From Lama guanicoe (lineage: Eukaryota): a DNA stretch of 64,000 nucleotides. Numbering within the stretch: the first letter of the stretch is position 1; each line of letters begins with the position of its first letter. Location of the stretch: positions 7,248,049-7,312,048 of the forward strand of contig MU056303.1 of assembly GCA_013239625.1 (NCBI GenBank), given 5' to 3'. Shown here piece after piece: positions 48,666 to 62,280 of this stretch. The translations under genes and the position numbers were made by a program. The notes beneath the pieces were generated by a model. That model was not told the DNA's origin. It saw only the letters and a list, made by a program, of their open reading frames with translations, and ran no database searches.

Positions 48666-49429
48666 AAATTTTTGTATATTTTTCACCTCTTTGTGTCATG
48701 GATTTCAAGGGGTCAGTTAAGATTTCCCACTCCTAATGTTTCTGTTTCTTCTATCTCTTTGGGGGCAGTTAATGCTTCATTATTTGATGCATAGATATTC
48801 ATAGCTGTCACTTTATCGTTATGAATTGGTCATTTTGTCCTCAGTTAAAACTTGTCTGGTATTAAAATTGTGATGTCGGTTTTTATTATTGTTATTATTA
48901 TTGGTTTTGTTCAGTTGTAACATTTTGATGTACTTATACCCATTTTTGAAATTTTCTACCTTTCTGAACCACGTTCTGCTAGGCATATCACTTGATAACT
49001 GCAGAAAAGTAGTCTTTGCTTTAGGATCTAATCAGAATTTCTTTTTCTCTTAATTTAAGAATAGTTTAATATATTTATATTTATTGTAAACAAATACAGT
49101 TTAGCTGTATTTGGGTTTAATATCGTTAGTTTACATCATGCTTTCCAATTACTATCTTAAAATAACTTTCACTGTGGGCCTGTTTGTTTCTTAATATATT
49201 TCATCTTGTAACCTAGAAATTTTTATTTTTATTCAGTTAGTTCCCTTTATAAGTATATACTTATACAATCCCTCCATTTCTTTAGATGGCTTCTTTTAAT
49301 GCTCAGAAAGGAACAATACTGAAATTGGTATAACTCCTCTTCTTCCTCCTTTCCCTCTGCTGCCCATTTTTCGGTAGATCATGTTCTCTCTTAATATTTA
49401 CCTAAAAGCCCATAACTTAATTTTATGAC

Positions 49430-50605
49430 TTAAGGAAGTGGAAAAAGGCCAAACTAAACCAAAGGCTAGCAGAAGGAGGTGAATAATAAAGATCAAAGCA
49501 GAGATAAACACAACAGACAAGTAGCAAAACAACAGAGAGAATCAACGAAACCAAAAGTAGATTCTTTGGAAAAAATCAACAGATTGACCAAACTTTAGCT
49601 AAGCTGACTGAGAGAAAAAGAAGCAAATAGCTAAAATCAGAAGTGAAAGTCGGGTGAAGACATTACAAATGGCCAATAGGCCCATGAAAAAATGCTCAGT
49701 ATCTTTAATGATCAGAGAAATGAAGAACAAAGCTAAAATGAAGTATCACCTCACACCAGTCAGAATGGCCATCATTCCAAAGNNNNNNNNNNNNNNNNNN
49801 NNNNNNNNNNNNNNNNNNNNNNNNNNNNNNNNNNNNNNNNNNNNNNNNNNNNNNNNNNNNNNNNNNNNNNNNNNNNNNNNNNNNNNNNNNNNNNNNNNNN
49901 NNNNNNNNNNNNNNNNNNNNNNNNNNNNNNNNNNNNNNNNNNNNNNNNNNNAGAGGGAACCTTAATTCAAAANNNNNNNNNNNNNNNNNNNNNNNNNNNN
50001 NNNNNNNNNNNNNNNNNNNNNNNNNNNNNNNNNNNNNNNNNNNNNNNNNNNNNNNNNNNNNNNNNNNNNNNNNNNNNNNNNNNNNNNNNNNNNNNNNNNN
50101 NNNNNNNNNNNNNNNNNNNNNNNNNNNNNNNNNNNNNNNNNNNNNNNNNNNNNNNNNNNNNNNNNNNNNNNNNNNNATGGATGGCCCTGGAGATTGTCAT
50201 TCTAAGTGAAGTAAGCCAGAAAGAGAAAGAAAAATACCATATGATATCGCTTAATGTGGAATCTAAAAAAACAAAAACAAAAACAAAAACCCAAACGAAC
50301 TTATTTACAAAACAGAAACAGACTCACAGACATAGAAAACAAACTTACGGTTACCGGTAGGGGAAGGAGGTCAGAAGGGATAATTTGGGAGTTTGAGATT
50401 TGCAGATACTAACTAATATATATATAAAATAGATAAACAACAAGTTTATACTATATAGCACAGGGAACTATATTCAATATCTTGTAACATGGTCAAAAAG
50501 AATATGAAAATGAATATATGTATGTTCATGTATGACTGAAGAATTGTGCTGTACACCAGAAACTGACAAACTGTAAGCGACTGCACTTCAGTAATAAAAA
50601 AAAAA
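49430..50605 (+). mobile_element. L1 (ORF2 fragments plus 3'UTR and poly-A), gapped
   Basis: ORF2 peptide [13 protein letters not shown]...[12 protein letters not shown]; 3'UTR ATAGCACAGGGAACTATATTCAATATCTTGTAA; A tail. Confidence 0.85.
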
Positions 50606-53339
50606 TATGAGGCTTTAGAAGTACTTCATGTAGTTTATGTAGTTTTCCTATTTAATTCTCTCAACAATTTTGTGAGTTAGGTGTGACTATTTTACAGATA
50701 AGAAATGGAGACACTTGCAAAGTACCATCCACAGGATGACAGTGGTAGGGCTGAGACTTGGATCCAGAACCATTTGTCTGCAAAGTACAGACTCACAGCT
50801 ACTGTGGTCCCTTTTCATTTTCTCACACATGAGAACGGAGTGGCCAGTGTATTCTGACTGTAGTCTAGTTTCTTGGCCTCCGAGGCACTGTCTTGAAAAA
50901 TGGCTCCAGTTGGGCCAGATTCTTCTTCACCTGGACATACAGAGATGCCACCTGGGCACATGTTGAGTTATCTGACACCAGCTGCATAGCCGGACACCCT
51001 TTGGAACTTTTTACTAATCACAGGGCTCCTACTTTTAAATTATGGGCTTATGCAAAGTTCATTCTATGAGGTGTAATTATTTAGCATTTGACTTGTAGGA
51101 AAGGATTTGTTTCCTTTCAAATGCTCGAAAAAAAAATGCTGGCTGCCTGTGGGTTAATCCTGGGAATGATTTCTCTCAAATTATAGTTTTACTTTCCTGC
51201 CAAGAGAAATCTAAGAGCCATGATTATATCATGCAGAAAATGTTTTACCTTGATCTGTGGAGTTTCATCAAGTTCTTGAACTCTATGGTGTCACTGGTTT
51301 TGGAAAAATAAGGACCAAACATAATATAAATTAGTCAGGAAATGGACATTTTGATCCAAAATGTGGGCAACTGTTTTGGCACCTGCTATCTAAACTAGGA
51401 CCTTAAGCTTGTTTTCACTGTCTGACAAAACTCTGTCTGCATCCATTCTGGTGGACACTGTGTATCTCGTTTTAAATGCAGTCTATTGATCTAGAACTTT
51501 CACTTTCAGGAAGTTGGTCTTGCAAAATAAAGTCTGTACATACATAGTCATTGTAGCAAACAAAAAACTTTAAAAAACATTTAGATGTGGCTAACAGGAA
51601 GTCAGCTTAAATACACAATGGCATAGCCTTGTAATGCAGTCATTAAAAAGGAAAATGTTCATCAGTGATGGGAAAACGTGGGCCATAACGTAAAAATAGT
51701 TTACAAAACAGTATGAATAGCGTCCAGTTTTTGTATATGTGAGAGCAAAACAAACGATCTCTGAGAGGTAGAATTGTAGATGAGCTTCTTTCCCTGGCAG
51801 GCTGAAGCAGCGGTTAAGACAGCGGGCTCTGGAGATGACCCACCTGGGTTGTTGGCTTTACCACTGACTAGTTGTGTGGCTCTCGGCAAGTTACTCTGAG
51901 ACAATTAAATTATGTAAAATCCTTGGTACAGTGCAACTGTCATCATCACCATTATAAAATGGAAATTAAGTAAAAATACAAACATCTTTAATCTCAAAGA
52001 GGCATTATGTGTCATACAGCACAAAACACATGGGACCTGGATCAAGAAAAACTGGGTCCGAGTCCAGGCTTGCCTGTGGTGAGATCTTGGGCAAGTGATG
52101 TCCTCTCTGAGCCTGATCAAGGGTCAAATGGGGAAAGTAATCCTTTCTCACCATCTCAGGGACAGAGATCAAATGAGATGTTTTATGTGAGAATGCTACA
52201 GAAACCATGATGTACTCTGCAAAATGTCTCATTATTGTTAATTGAGTGTTGGTTCCCTGTCATACCCAATTACAAGTAATTTTGCCTTGTTTTGGCCCTG
52301 AAGCAAGAGAGAGGCAAACTCAATGGTTTCAGAAGGAAAGGGAAGTAAGTAAACATGGTAGAATAAACTGTCCAGCAAGCTACTGGGAGGCATTCTCATC
52401 TGGTGACCGAATAAACTTCCCTGCAAGACAGGTCAGCACTTGCCGGCCAGTTGAGAGTGAAGAGAAAGCAAGAGGTACAAAGGACACTGTTTTTCTCTCT
52501 TCACTCTTAGGCTGGCAGGATTCCTAGTGTGGATTCCACCACATCCTAACCACCTGTTCTTTGCTGCTTTGGGTAACAAGTGCATAGCCTGACCAGTGGA
52601 TCCTTTCAGGCTTTACTAAGTAAACTGTTGGGCGAAGAGTTTGATCTAGACTTGGGCTAATAAATTAACATTTTCAAAGATGTTGTGAGGGAGCAAGATG
52701 TCACTTGGAAAACGTCAAATTATGGTGCTTCACTCTGATTAGAAAAGAATAAAGTAATACATTTCAATTTTCAAAAGGGAATGTATATTACAGTTCTCTC
52801 TGTAGAGTGACTCACAGTACAACTTTATATTTTGTCATCTTTCAAATGAGGAGTTTGGTTTAATGAGGTTTGAGGTCCCTTTAAGCAATTAAGTAATTAT
52901 TGATGTATCGGTCTTTGGTATTTTGAAGTGAATACTTTACCCATAGTAACTTCACCTCTTATAACCTTGATGGAGTTCAGAATTAGAACAAGGACTTTTA
53001 GAAAAGATAATGACCACCAGACAATTATCACTTCACCTCTTGCCATCCCACCCCCCAGTCCCCTGGAATGACCGAGAGCAGATTTGGGTGAGAAGCAAGA
53101 CTCTGCTGAAGTATCGAGTGATGTGTGACCGTCTCCTTTAGTTTTATGAAGCTGGCCAAATCTTGACAGAAACAGCTACACAAAAAAACTTAAGATTCAT
53201 CTCATTTGGTATATAGAAGTAAAGTTCCAAAAATATTATTCATCACTTTGGTAGTTCAAAGGGGGTAAAAAATTACTTGGTAGGTAAGGCAGCCTTAGCA
53301 CATAATACCATTACATTTGATTTAAAAGAAAAGAAAAAA

Positions 53340-55620
53340 AAACCAAAACAGTGAAAAATAGGACCAGGGAGATTTTTTTCTTAACATGATAAAGGGTATC
53401 TTAAACCAAGATCCCACATTATACTTAACGTAAAATACCAAAGGTATTACTAGGGAGTCATGAATAAAACAAACATACTTTGTTTCTGCCTTTGATTTAG
53501 CAATATTTTGGAACTTTCTGCAAATAAAGCAGGTAAGTTAAATAAGAGATATGATATTGGGAAAAAATGAAATTATTTGGAGACAATATATTATACAAAA
53601 CACCAAAAAAATCAGCTGACATGCTAACTAAACTAACTACAGAATTACTAAATTTAATTTAATGGGTAAATTTAAAATATAGTTAAATTAATAGCTCTCA
53701 TCTGTCATCATTAATAGAAATGAAAATGCAGTGAAGAAATAAAATGATTTGTAATAAAAGCATTAAACATAAAAAATGAACGTGAAATAACCTCTTCTCA
53801 CTTTAGGTTGGAGAAGGACTTTCTAACCATAAATGAAATAACTCTTTGGTTTGGCTATAAAATAAAAAATGAGAACCCAGTCTATGGCATTTTGTGGAAG
53901 TATTCTGAGCAGACTAAGACAAAAGATAAAAGAATGTTATGAGTAACTGTGCACATAAATCTGACAACTCAGATGAAATGTTCAGTGTCCTTGAAGGGCA
54001 AACTACCAAAACTCATTTAAGAAGTAATAGATAATTTGTGTAATTTTATGTCTTAAAAGAATTTGAATTCAGATAAAAACCTTCCAACAAAGAGGCTCAA
54101 CTGGCATCACTGGTAAATTCTACCCAACATTTTTGGTAATATAAGCGAGGAGGGAAAATGAGATTTTCTAAGATCGATTTTGCACTGATCAGACAATGAC
54201 ATTAAAAGGTAACGCAACTACAGATCAACATCCCTTGTGAACAATGAAGCGAAAATGCTCAAGAAAATACTAGCAACAGAGTCCAGCGATGCTCTGGGAA
54301 TGTGAGGCTGGTCCCACAAGTGAAAATCAGTGTAATTTATCATATCAACATTAAGAAGAAAGACTGTATGGTCATTTTAAGAGATGTAGAAAAAACATCT
54401 GATAAAATCCAACATCCGTTCACGATTAAGAACCCTCAGAACACTAGGAATAAATTTCCTCAGCCCAGTAAAAACTATCTACAAAAACCTACAACTATAA
54501 CATACTTAATCTCAAAAGACTGCTTGCTCCCTAATGTTAGTGGCAAGGCAAGGATGTATCTGGTATCCTTTCAGCATCATACTGGAAGGTCTAACCAGTG
54601 CAGCAGGATAAGAAAAAGAAATAAAAGGCATTGGAAAGGAAAACTGGAAAGACTGGGAAAAAAAACCAAAACATTTATTACAAATCTGCAGACATGACTA
54701 TGTAGAAAACTTTAAAAAATCTACATAAGTGAATTTGGCAAGGTGTCAAGATACAAGGTCAGTATACAAAAGTCAGTTGTATTTCTAGATATCAGCAACG
54801 AACATTTTGGAAATTGAAAAAATTTTAAGTACCATTTACAAAAGCACACACACAAAAACCCGTAACAGTATATGTGCAAGATCTGTATGCTAAAAACTAA
54901 AAACACTGACAAAAGAATTCAGAGACCTATGTCGATAGAGCAGTATGCTGAGGTCATGGATTGGAGGACAAATACTAATTAAGACGTCCACTCTCCCTGC
55001 ACCGGTCTATGGATTCACTGCAGTCATCAGAATCCAAGCAGGTGTTTTTGTACTTGTCAATAGGCTGGTTCTAAAATGTATATGGCAAGGCAAAGGAACT
55101 AAAATAGCAAAATATTTTTCAAAAAGAACACAAGTTGCATTATTTATGTAATCAGGCAATGTAGTAGGCTGAAAGCTCAGACATATAAACTAATGGCATA
55201 GTTCAGAAATAGATCCATACTGTTAGTATAAACTGATTTTCAGAAAAGGTGCAAAGAAAAATGAACTTTGATCTATACATGCTACCCATATGCTTCTTAG
55301 ATATAACATACATAGAAACTGGTTCAACTGGGTCACAGACCTAAATGTAAAAACTAAGAACTACTAAACTTCTAAAAATATTGTAAAGTTTTCATCACCT
55401 TAAGTTTAGGCAGATTTCTTGGATATGACACCAAAAGCATAATCCATCAAAGAAAAAGTTGATAAAGTGGACTTCATAAAAATTAAGAACTTACGCTTTT
55501 CAGAAAGCTCTGTTAAAAGACAAGATAAACGTCGTATTGGGAGAAGGTATTTATAAAGCACATATATGATAAAGGTCTTGTACCCACATTAGAGAAAATA
55601 TTTGACTGGAAATATATAAA
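53340..55620 (+). mobile_element. Old degenerate L1 ORF2 fragments
   Basis: A-rich, with frame-shifted RT-region peptides (HINIKKKDCMVILRDVEKTSDKIQHPF). Confidence 0.8.
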
Positions 55621-56498
55621 CACAAATTGGGTTACCATCTTTGACTTTTTCTAATCGACAAAGATAAATCATGGGATTTCTGTCCAATAGTGAGACTGTG
55701 ACAAGATAGGGGTACATTTGTGATGGAGCTTCCAGTTGGGGAACAGAAATTTGACAATATGTGTCAAGTACAATAATTATATTTCTAGGAACGTATCCTA
55801 AAAATCTTACACACCAAGACTGGTTTGCAGGTTCACCATTCCAATGCTTCCACTTGCAAAAATGAAAATAAAATCAATCTTGGCAACAGGGACTAGTTAA
55901 ATAAATAATGAATCAGCCACAAATTTGAGGCTACGCAGAGGCAAAATATGGCTTAAAGAGAATATTTGATATTGGTAACTTTCCAAGCAAGACATGTTAA
56001 ATGGATAAATAGGACACTAAACTACATGATTTCATTTTCTATCAAAAAAAAATTTACTCCCACAAGAGAATAAAAGAAATACATACAAATGTGAAAATGA
56101 GTTTTCTCTGCTTTACTGGTGGGTAATTTTTGTTGCTCTTTCTGTGTTGCTGTTTCTGTGTTGAGAACACAGAAGTTACTTTTTTAAAGGAATTTATACA
56201 TTCCAGAGTTAAATCAGCATAAACGTGCAGCACGAAATTCCTGGTTTCCTTGTAAAGGAGGAAGCCAACATGACACATATGGATCTGATTCTGCAAGGGG
56301 AAGGGGGCAGACTGGGTAACCTATAACTGAAAGAAACTCTCCCAACTTCATTTTTGCTGCTTCTCCAGTATGGTATGACCATGAGAGATATAGCATAGTT
56401 GGTATTTGGGCTCCCTCTCCATCACTCAGCCCAGGGTCATGTTGAATAGCAGTTTTATTTGGGCATACACTTGGACGTTCCCTTTATTTGGTCCCCAG

Positions 56499-56590
56499 TT
56501 TTTTATTATTTTTTTAATGGAGGTACTGGGGATTGAACCCAGGACCTCATGCATGCTAAGCATGCTTTTACCACTGAGCTATACCATGCC
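56499..56590 (-). mobile_element. Camelid tRNA-derived SINE (Vic-1 type, short)
   Basis: GGAGGTACTGGGGATTGAACCCAGGACC...CCACTGAGCTATACC on the + strand. Confidence 0.85.
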
Positions 56591-56693
56591 TCACCCCCCG
56601 TTTGGTTTTTAATAATGAAACACCTACAGTACAGAAACAATCCTGTTAGGCACTCTCAAAAATACCTCCTAAATGCCAGTCAAGACTTAACTG

Positions 56694-56707
56694 GTGCCCC
56701 CTAGTGG
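56694..56707 (-). promoter_or_regulatory. Candidate CTCF site (CCACTAGGGGGCAC)
   Basis: Full match to the core consensus CCASYAGRKGGCRS. Confidence 0.55.
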
Positions 56708-57247
56708 GGAAGTCCTCCAACAACTGATTGCTGTTCATGTAAGCATAGAACATTTAAAAAGGCAACTTCTAGCTTTCCCCCTTTCTGCGTTTGTTTGCTA
56801 AATCCCTCCTTTTGGAGGAAACTAAATTTTGTAGTGCCCTCTTTTTTATAGGTACTGTGCTAAGGTGGGACTTTTCATATGTATTATTAACTTTTAAGCC
56901 TGTAAGGTGGGTGTTTAATTCTTACACAAAGATAATAAATAGGTCACGACTATTACACAATAAAATGTCAAGGCGACAAGACTATTTATCATTACGCTTA
57001 AAGTATCTTCAGCATTTGAAAACACCCTAAGACTTTGTAAATTTTCTAAGCTTTTGACTAATACTAAAGAGTAAGTTACAATATTCTGACCTCACATGCA
57101 TGATTACAAGAGGAAGCAGGATCAGTTTCCAAAAGTTTTTGGAGAGGAGGGGTGTGTTAAAAAAAAAAAACAACTTTGTAACCATGGTAACACACAGCTT
57201 TCGTTTATCAACCATCTGAACAGGTAAGTATCGAAAATAGTAGTGCT

Positions 57248-57505
57248 CTCAAGAGACTTGCAGATAGTAAATAATCTTACGGATACTGGGGGAAAGGGGG
57301 GTGGGAGTTTGAGATTTGCAAATGTTAGCCACTATACATAAAAATAGATTAAAAAATTTCTTCTGTATAGCATAGGGAACTGTATTCAGCATCTTGTAAT
57401 AACCTTTAATGAAAATGAATATATGTATGCATATGCATGACTGGGACACTGCTGTAAACCAGAAATTGACAGCTACTGGTGGTACTTCAATTAAAAAAAC
57501 ATAAA
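57248..57505 (+). mobile_element. 5'-truncated L1 3' end with a perfect TSD
   Basis: TSD AAAATAGTAGTGCT at 57234-57247 and 57506-57519; L1 3'UTR motifs. Confidence 0.85.
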
Positions 57506-58164
57506 AAAATAGTAGTGCTTTTAGACACTGAAGTAAATTGATTCTTGATCACCTAGCATATACCTAAACTTTTTCTTTCTGGGGGGTTGGAGGTTGGGGG
57601 TTGGGGCTTGGGTTGGCTTTACCTGAAGCACACATTATGTCTCCAGTTAAATTTTTATATGGTGGAGAAAAGATGCTGAAGCAATGTTCCCAAATAACGT
57701 AATGGTTTAAATTTCACTAAAAATACTTTTATCAACTGTTTAGCCTTCACAAATAACTTTCTAAGAATAAATATGTGTATGAATATTAAAATTAAAAGAA
57801 TCTCAGCTTTCATATTCCTTGTTTTCTTTAGGAGCATTCTATCACCAGATAATTCTTACATTTAAGGTTAAAAAAAAATCCTCACCTAATTTGAAAGGAT
57901 AAAAAAATGTGTGGACTTTTCTATTCCAAAAGTCTACGGGCTTCACAGAAGAGAGCCTAATACCCATTAGTTATATAAACGTGTTTATATAGAGATTTAT
58001 ATAACTATTGCCCAGCCACTAAATAAAGATCAAAAGAGATTAACAGAATGAAAGTTCTTTTTCCTACCATAATTTTTTAAAAAAGGTTATGAAAGACAGG
58101 ATCGATTATGTGTATGTTTATAAGTGTCAAGAGAATAGGAGAATACAAGCAAGTTGACAAGGCT

Positions 58165-60470
58165 AAGTTAATTCTAAGTATAAATTTTATTAATAAAAAG
58201 ATTAAGCATGACCATGTGAGTGGCTGGGCTTATAGTTTGCTACACAAAAGAAATTAAAAATTGATACTTGAGAATAGTTACAATAATTTATAATAGCATT
58301 CCTTTATAGAGGCATTTTAATTTAAGCAATATTTCTCTTAAAGTTATAAAAACTAATTTAACCCTTAGTGTCACGGATAAGAATCATCATAGCTACTGCT
58401 AAATGAAAAAATACCAAGAGCTGTTAGATGGTGTCATTTCAAGACCTACACCCAAACTTCAGGCAAACAATCTCTTGAAAAGATCTGGAAAACACCTGAT
58501 CAGACACAGCATCAGTGTCTTCCTGAGGCTGGGGAACAGCTCACTTCCAAGTCAAGTGCGAAGAATAAGTAACACAAATTATGACTGCACCCAAGATCCT
58601 CAAATAAATTAGTAAACGTGCCATTATTTTAAGAATTATCAGACATATAATCAATGTGTTTAAGTACAAATTCAAATCTGTCCAAAAGATACAGGAATTT
58701 TATTACATGAAATTTCTCCTATGTGGTAAAAATGTTAAGTTACAAGATATAATATTTGATTAAGTGTAGAGGAAATTATTGTGGAATTGGTTAATAATTT
58801 GTCAATGAGAATAGAACAGTAAGATAGGGGACAAACAAGAAATACTCAGAGTCCTCTAAAATTCAACGTTGTATATTACTGCTCAACCAAAACATACTCC
58901 CATTCTCTAGTAATATAAATGCCTACTCAATTTATCTTTTAAAAATAGTCTGTTTTTTCTCCATTAAAGCTTCTGCAAGATTGACATAAAGATTCATTCT
59001 ACCTATTAAAAATAGGGGTACTCTTCATCTTTGGATTAAGGTATCACCACTTAGGGAAAATGTAGTCATATACATATTACTCAGTTTTTTTTTTTTTTTG
59101 AGGCAGCTGTTGGAGTCCATTAAGCACTTTTGGACCACTGTACCTTTAAAGTTTGTCTTTAATATTAATAGCTTTGGAAAATCAAAAATAGAAGAAAAAC
59201 GTCTATGGCAAAGTACATTTCATTCCGATTTGATAGCAGTAAAATACAAAAAAAACGTATTTAGTGCAGTGTCAATTTTATCTATGTAAATCACTTAAGG
59301 ATAGTTTTATGTTATGGTTTATGACTGAATGACAAAAAAAAGTTTTAACTTGTTAAAAAGTTTTAAGTCTTTGATTTAATATTTAATAAGGCAAAATGAA
59401 ATTAAGCACTATAAAAAGTCTTTAAAAATGAAGTTCTACAAATTTGGTTCCGAGTTACAACAGTTTCATTAACAGATAATGAATTAAGTGTAGATACAAT
59501 GTATCTAATAGCCTTGTAACTAGTAGCATTTATAGATCGTGATACCCTTAGTAACACTGATATATATTCAGAACATGTTCATACAGAACCAATACCTCTG
59601 CTTCTCCATGTAAAAGAACACTTGTTAAAAGTGATTAATAAAAATACCAGTAAAACAATGGATCCTCATTTCATTTCACTGCACCCCAAAGGCATGACAC
59701 AAAATATTGGCNNNNNNNNNNNNNNNNNNNNNNNNNNNNNNNNNNNNNNNNNNNNNNNNNNNNNNNNNNNNNNNNNNNNNNNNNNNNNNNNNNNNNNNNN
59801 NNNNNNNNNNNNNNNNNNNNNNNNNNNNNNNNNNNNNNNNNNNNNNNNNNNNNNNNNNNNNNNNNNNNNCCCTTACCACTGACCCCAAACTTGACTCATT
59901 TTGTGTGCTTTCGTTCTTTCTTTTTTTAATATACCACCACCAAGACTGGGTGGAGGGGCAAGGGTAAGAGAGACGNNNNNNNNNNNNNNNNNNNNNNNNN
60001 NNNNNNNNNNNNNNNNNNNNNNNNNNNNNNNNNNNNNNNNNNNNNNNNNNNNNNNNNNNNNNNNNNNNNNNNNNNNNNNNNNNNNNNNNNNNNNNNNNNN
60101 NNNNNNNNNNNNNNNNNNNNNNNNNNNNNNNNNNNNNNNNNNNNNNNNNNNNNNNNNNNNNNNNNNNNNNNNNNNNNNNNNNNNNNNNNNNNNNNNNNNN
60201 NNNNNNNNNNNNNNNNNNNNNNNNNNNNNNNNNNNNNNNNNNNNNNNNNNNNNNNNNNNNNNNNNNNNNNNNNNNNNNNNNNNNNNNNNNNNNNNNNNNN
60301 NNNNNNNNNNNNNNNNNNNNNNNNNNNNNNNNNNNNNNNNGTCGAATGGCACATNNNNNNNNNNNNNNNNNNNNNNNNNNNNNNNNNNNNNNNNNNNNNN
60401 NNNNNNNNNNNNNNNNNNNNNNNNNNNNNNNNNNNNNNNNNNNNNNNNNNNNNNNNNNNNNNNNNNNNNN
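58165..60470 (-). other. PPP2R2A: PPP2R2A 3'UTR (partly gapped; both ends approximate)
   Basis: Repeat-free AT-rich sequence downstream of the terminal exon. Candidate AATAAA on the minus strand at 58191-58186. Confidence 0.6.
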
Positions 60471-60558
60471 NNNNNNNNNNNNNNNNNNNNNNNNNNNNNN
60501 NNNNNNNNNNNNNNNNNNNNNNNNNNNNNNNNNNNNNNNNNNNNNNNNNNNNNNNNNN
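59712..60558. other. Assembly gaps 59712-59869, 59976-60340 and 60355-60558 (others at 3384-3515, 15290-15608, 49783-49951, 49973-50176)
   Basis: N runs. Confidence 1.
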
Positions 60559-60750
60559 ATTTTCTTGTTGAAGTCTAGGCTGTCAACACTTATTTCATCT
60601 TTCTTTCGTTTGCCACTTGCACACACTTTGCGTGGCTTCAGAACCGTGCGAGGTTTATTGTTTTCCCGTGATGCTTCTAGGGTTATGTCTCGCTTTGTGT
60701 TCCTGTCAAACATTCTGAAGAAATTATTGTACGATCCAGTCATGACAACA
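60559..60750 (-). CDS. PPP2R2A: PPP2R2A last coding exon, visible part ([63 protein letters not shown]); the final ~30 codons and stop lie in the N-gap
   Basis: ORF-track peptide matches B55-alpha. Acceptor TTTTGCAG| at 60751. Runs into the gap at 60558. Confidence 0.95.
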
Positions 60751-61869
60751 CTGCAAAAGTAGACAGAGCACTCAGTCAAATAACGAACATCAGTTTTCAG
60801 TGAAATGACTCAGTGATGAAACCTTCCCTAATGCTCCTTAGAAATAGCTTCTTAAGGCAAATGTGGATTTAGGAAGAGGGCTGCGGACACCTACCCAGGG
60901 ACCAGTCACTGGAATAAGCTAGGAATACAGCATTACTTAACCTGATTTCCTATGAATGACTCCCTCTCATGACGAACAAAACTACCAGCAAAGTTGAAAG
61001 CATCCTCAAGTAAGGCTTCTTAGTACTGAATTATCTTGGTTGAGTATTTTTTGCAACTCAGGCTATGCAATGAACCAGACCAGGCAGCTTCTTGAAGAAC
61101 CAACCAGGGAAAAACAAAAAAACAAACAAAAAGCATGGTATACAGTTGTTCATATGAAACCAATGCTTTCTTTATTTTATGATTTACACTATAAGCTATT
61201 TAACTTGTCCCCAGGACATTGTCTGGTTCTGACAATAACATCTTAAGTATGTTGCAAGAAATCTGCTCCTGAGAATATTAAGAAAGTAGCGTATACAATT
61301 ATTATTAAAAGAAAATCATTTAACCTATAACACTGAATACATTTTAAGCATGTATTTTTTGACAAATATTGTTAATATCAGTTTAAGGGGTGCCAAATTC
61401 TCCCCTCCCTAAGACACTTTGCTGGTCAGGTCTACTTGCAATCCATGGCTGCTCAGCATTTGCTAAGTATCCTAATAAGCAAAACTTACCATGGGTGAAA
61501 CCATTACTACTTTGAAAAGGGTCTGGTGCTACAATTACTTACCACATCCTTCCTTTACTGGTTTAAAGTATTATTGTAAGTAAGAGTAGAGGTTACCGGA
61601 CCTATTTAAAATAATGCCTGAAAACATCTCTGCGTGTTTACAAATATTATACAGGTCATACATTAAATACAAATGACTATCATCTATTCAGTAATCTCAA
61701 TTCTCCCAAGGGATACTTCATAACATTTTAATCGAATGTGGTGCATATACCTGAAGGTAATAAATTTGTATTCCTTTTAAAATAATTTACATAATTTAGA
61801 CTGGCACACCCATGTTGAATCTGTGAGGTTTTAAATGGACTGGGATGCCTGGTCTATGGCTGTTTTAAA

Positions 61870-62280
61870 AGGTGTTGTTAGTCAGCATTTCTGCAGTATT
61901 CTTGCTGAAAATATATAACCTGAATCTAATCATAAGGGAATATTAGACAACACTCAAATTAAGAAAGATTCTATAAAATAACTGGCCTGTGTTTTTCAAA
62001 AATGCCAAGGTCACGGAAGACAAGGAACAAATGAAGAACTGTTCCAGATTAGAGGAGACGAACAAGATGTGACAATTCAAGGGAACAAATACTTTTTGGA
62101 GTGGACCGGATTTTTTCTTCTCTGCTAGAAAGGATGAGACTGAGAAGTGGTGACATTTTCGTGTGATCTGTGGATTAGATGGCAGAAGTGCATCAATGAC
62201 AACTTTCCTGCTGCAGATGCTTGACCATCATGATGCAGGAGAGTGTCTTTCAAAAAAATTTTAATGTTAAGGGAAATAAA
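61870..62280 (+). mobile_element. Old L1MC/ME-type 3' fragment in the last PPP2R2A intron
   Basis: AACCTGAATCTAATCATAAGG...ACTGGCCTGTG...GAACTGTTCCAGATTAGAGGAGAC. Confidence 0.65.

Noticed and set aside
54302-55151. ORFs with reverse-transcriptase-like peptides
   Set aside because: Frame-shifted remains of an old L1 ORF2, not an intact or domesticated gene.
59676-60779. 367-aa ORF and other X-filled ORFs
   Set aside because: Their length comes from N-runs; only 60750-60559 is real coding sequence.
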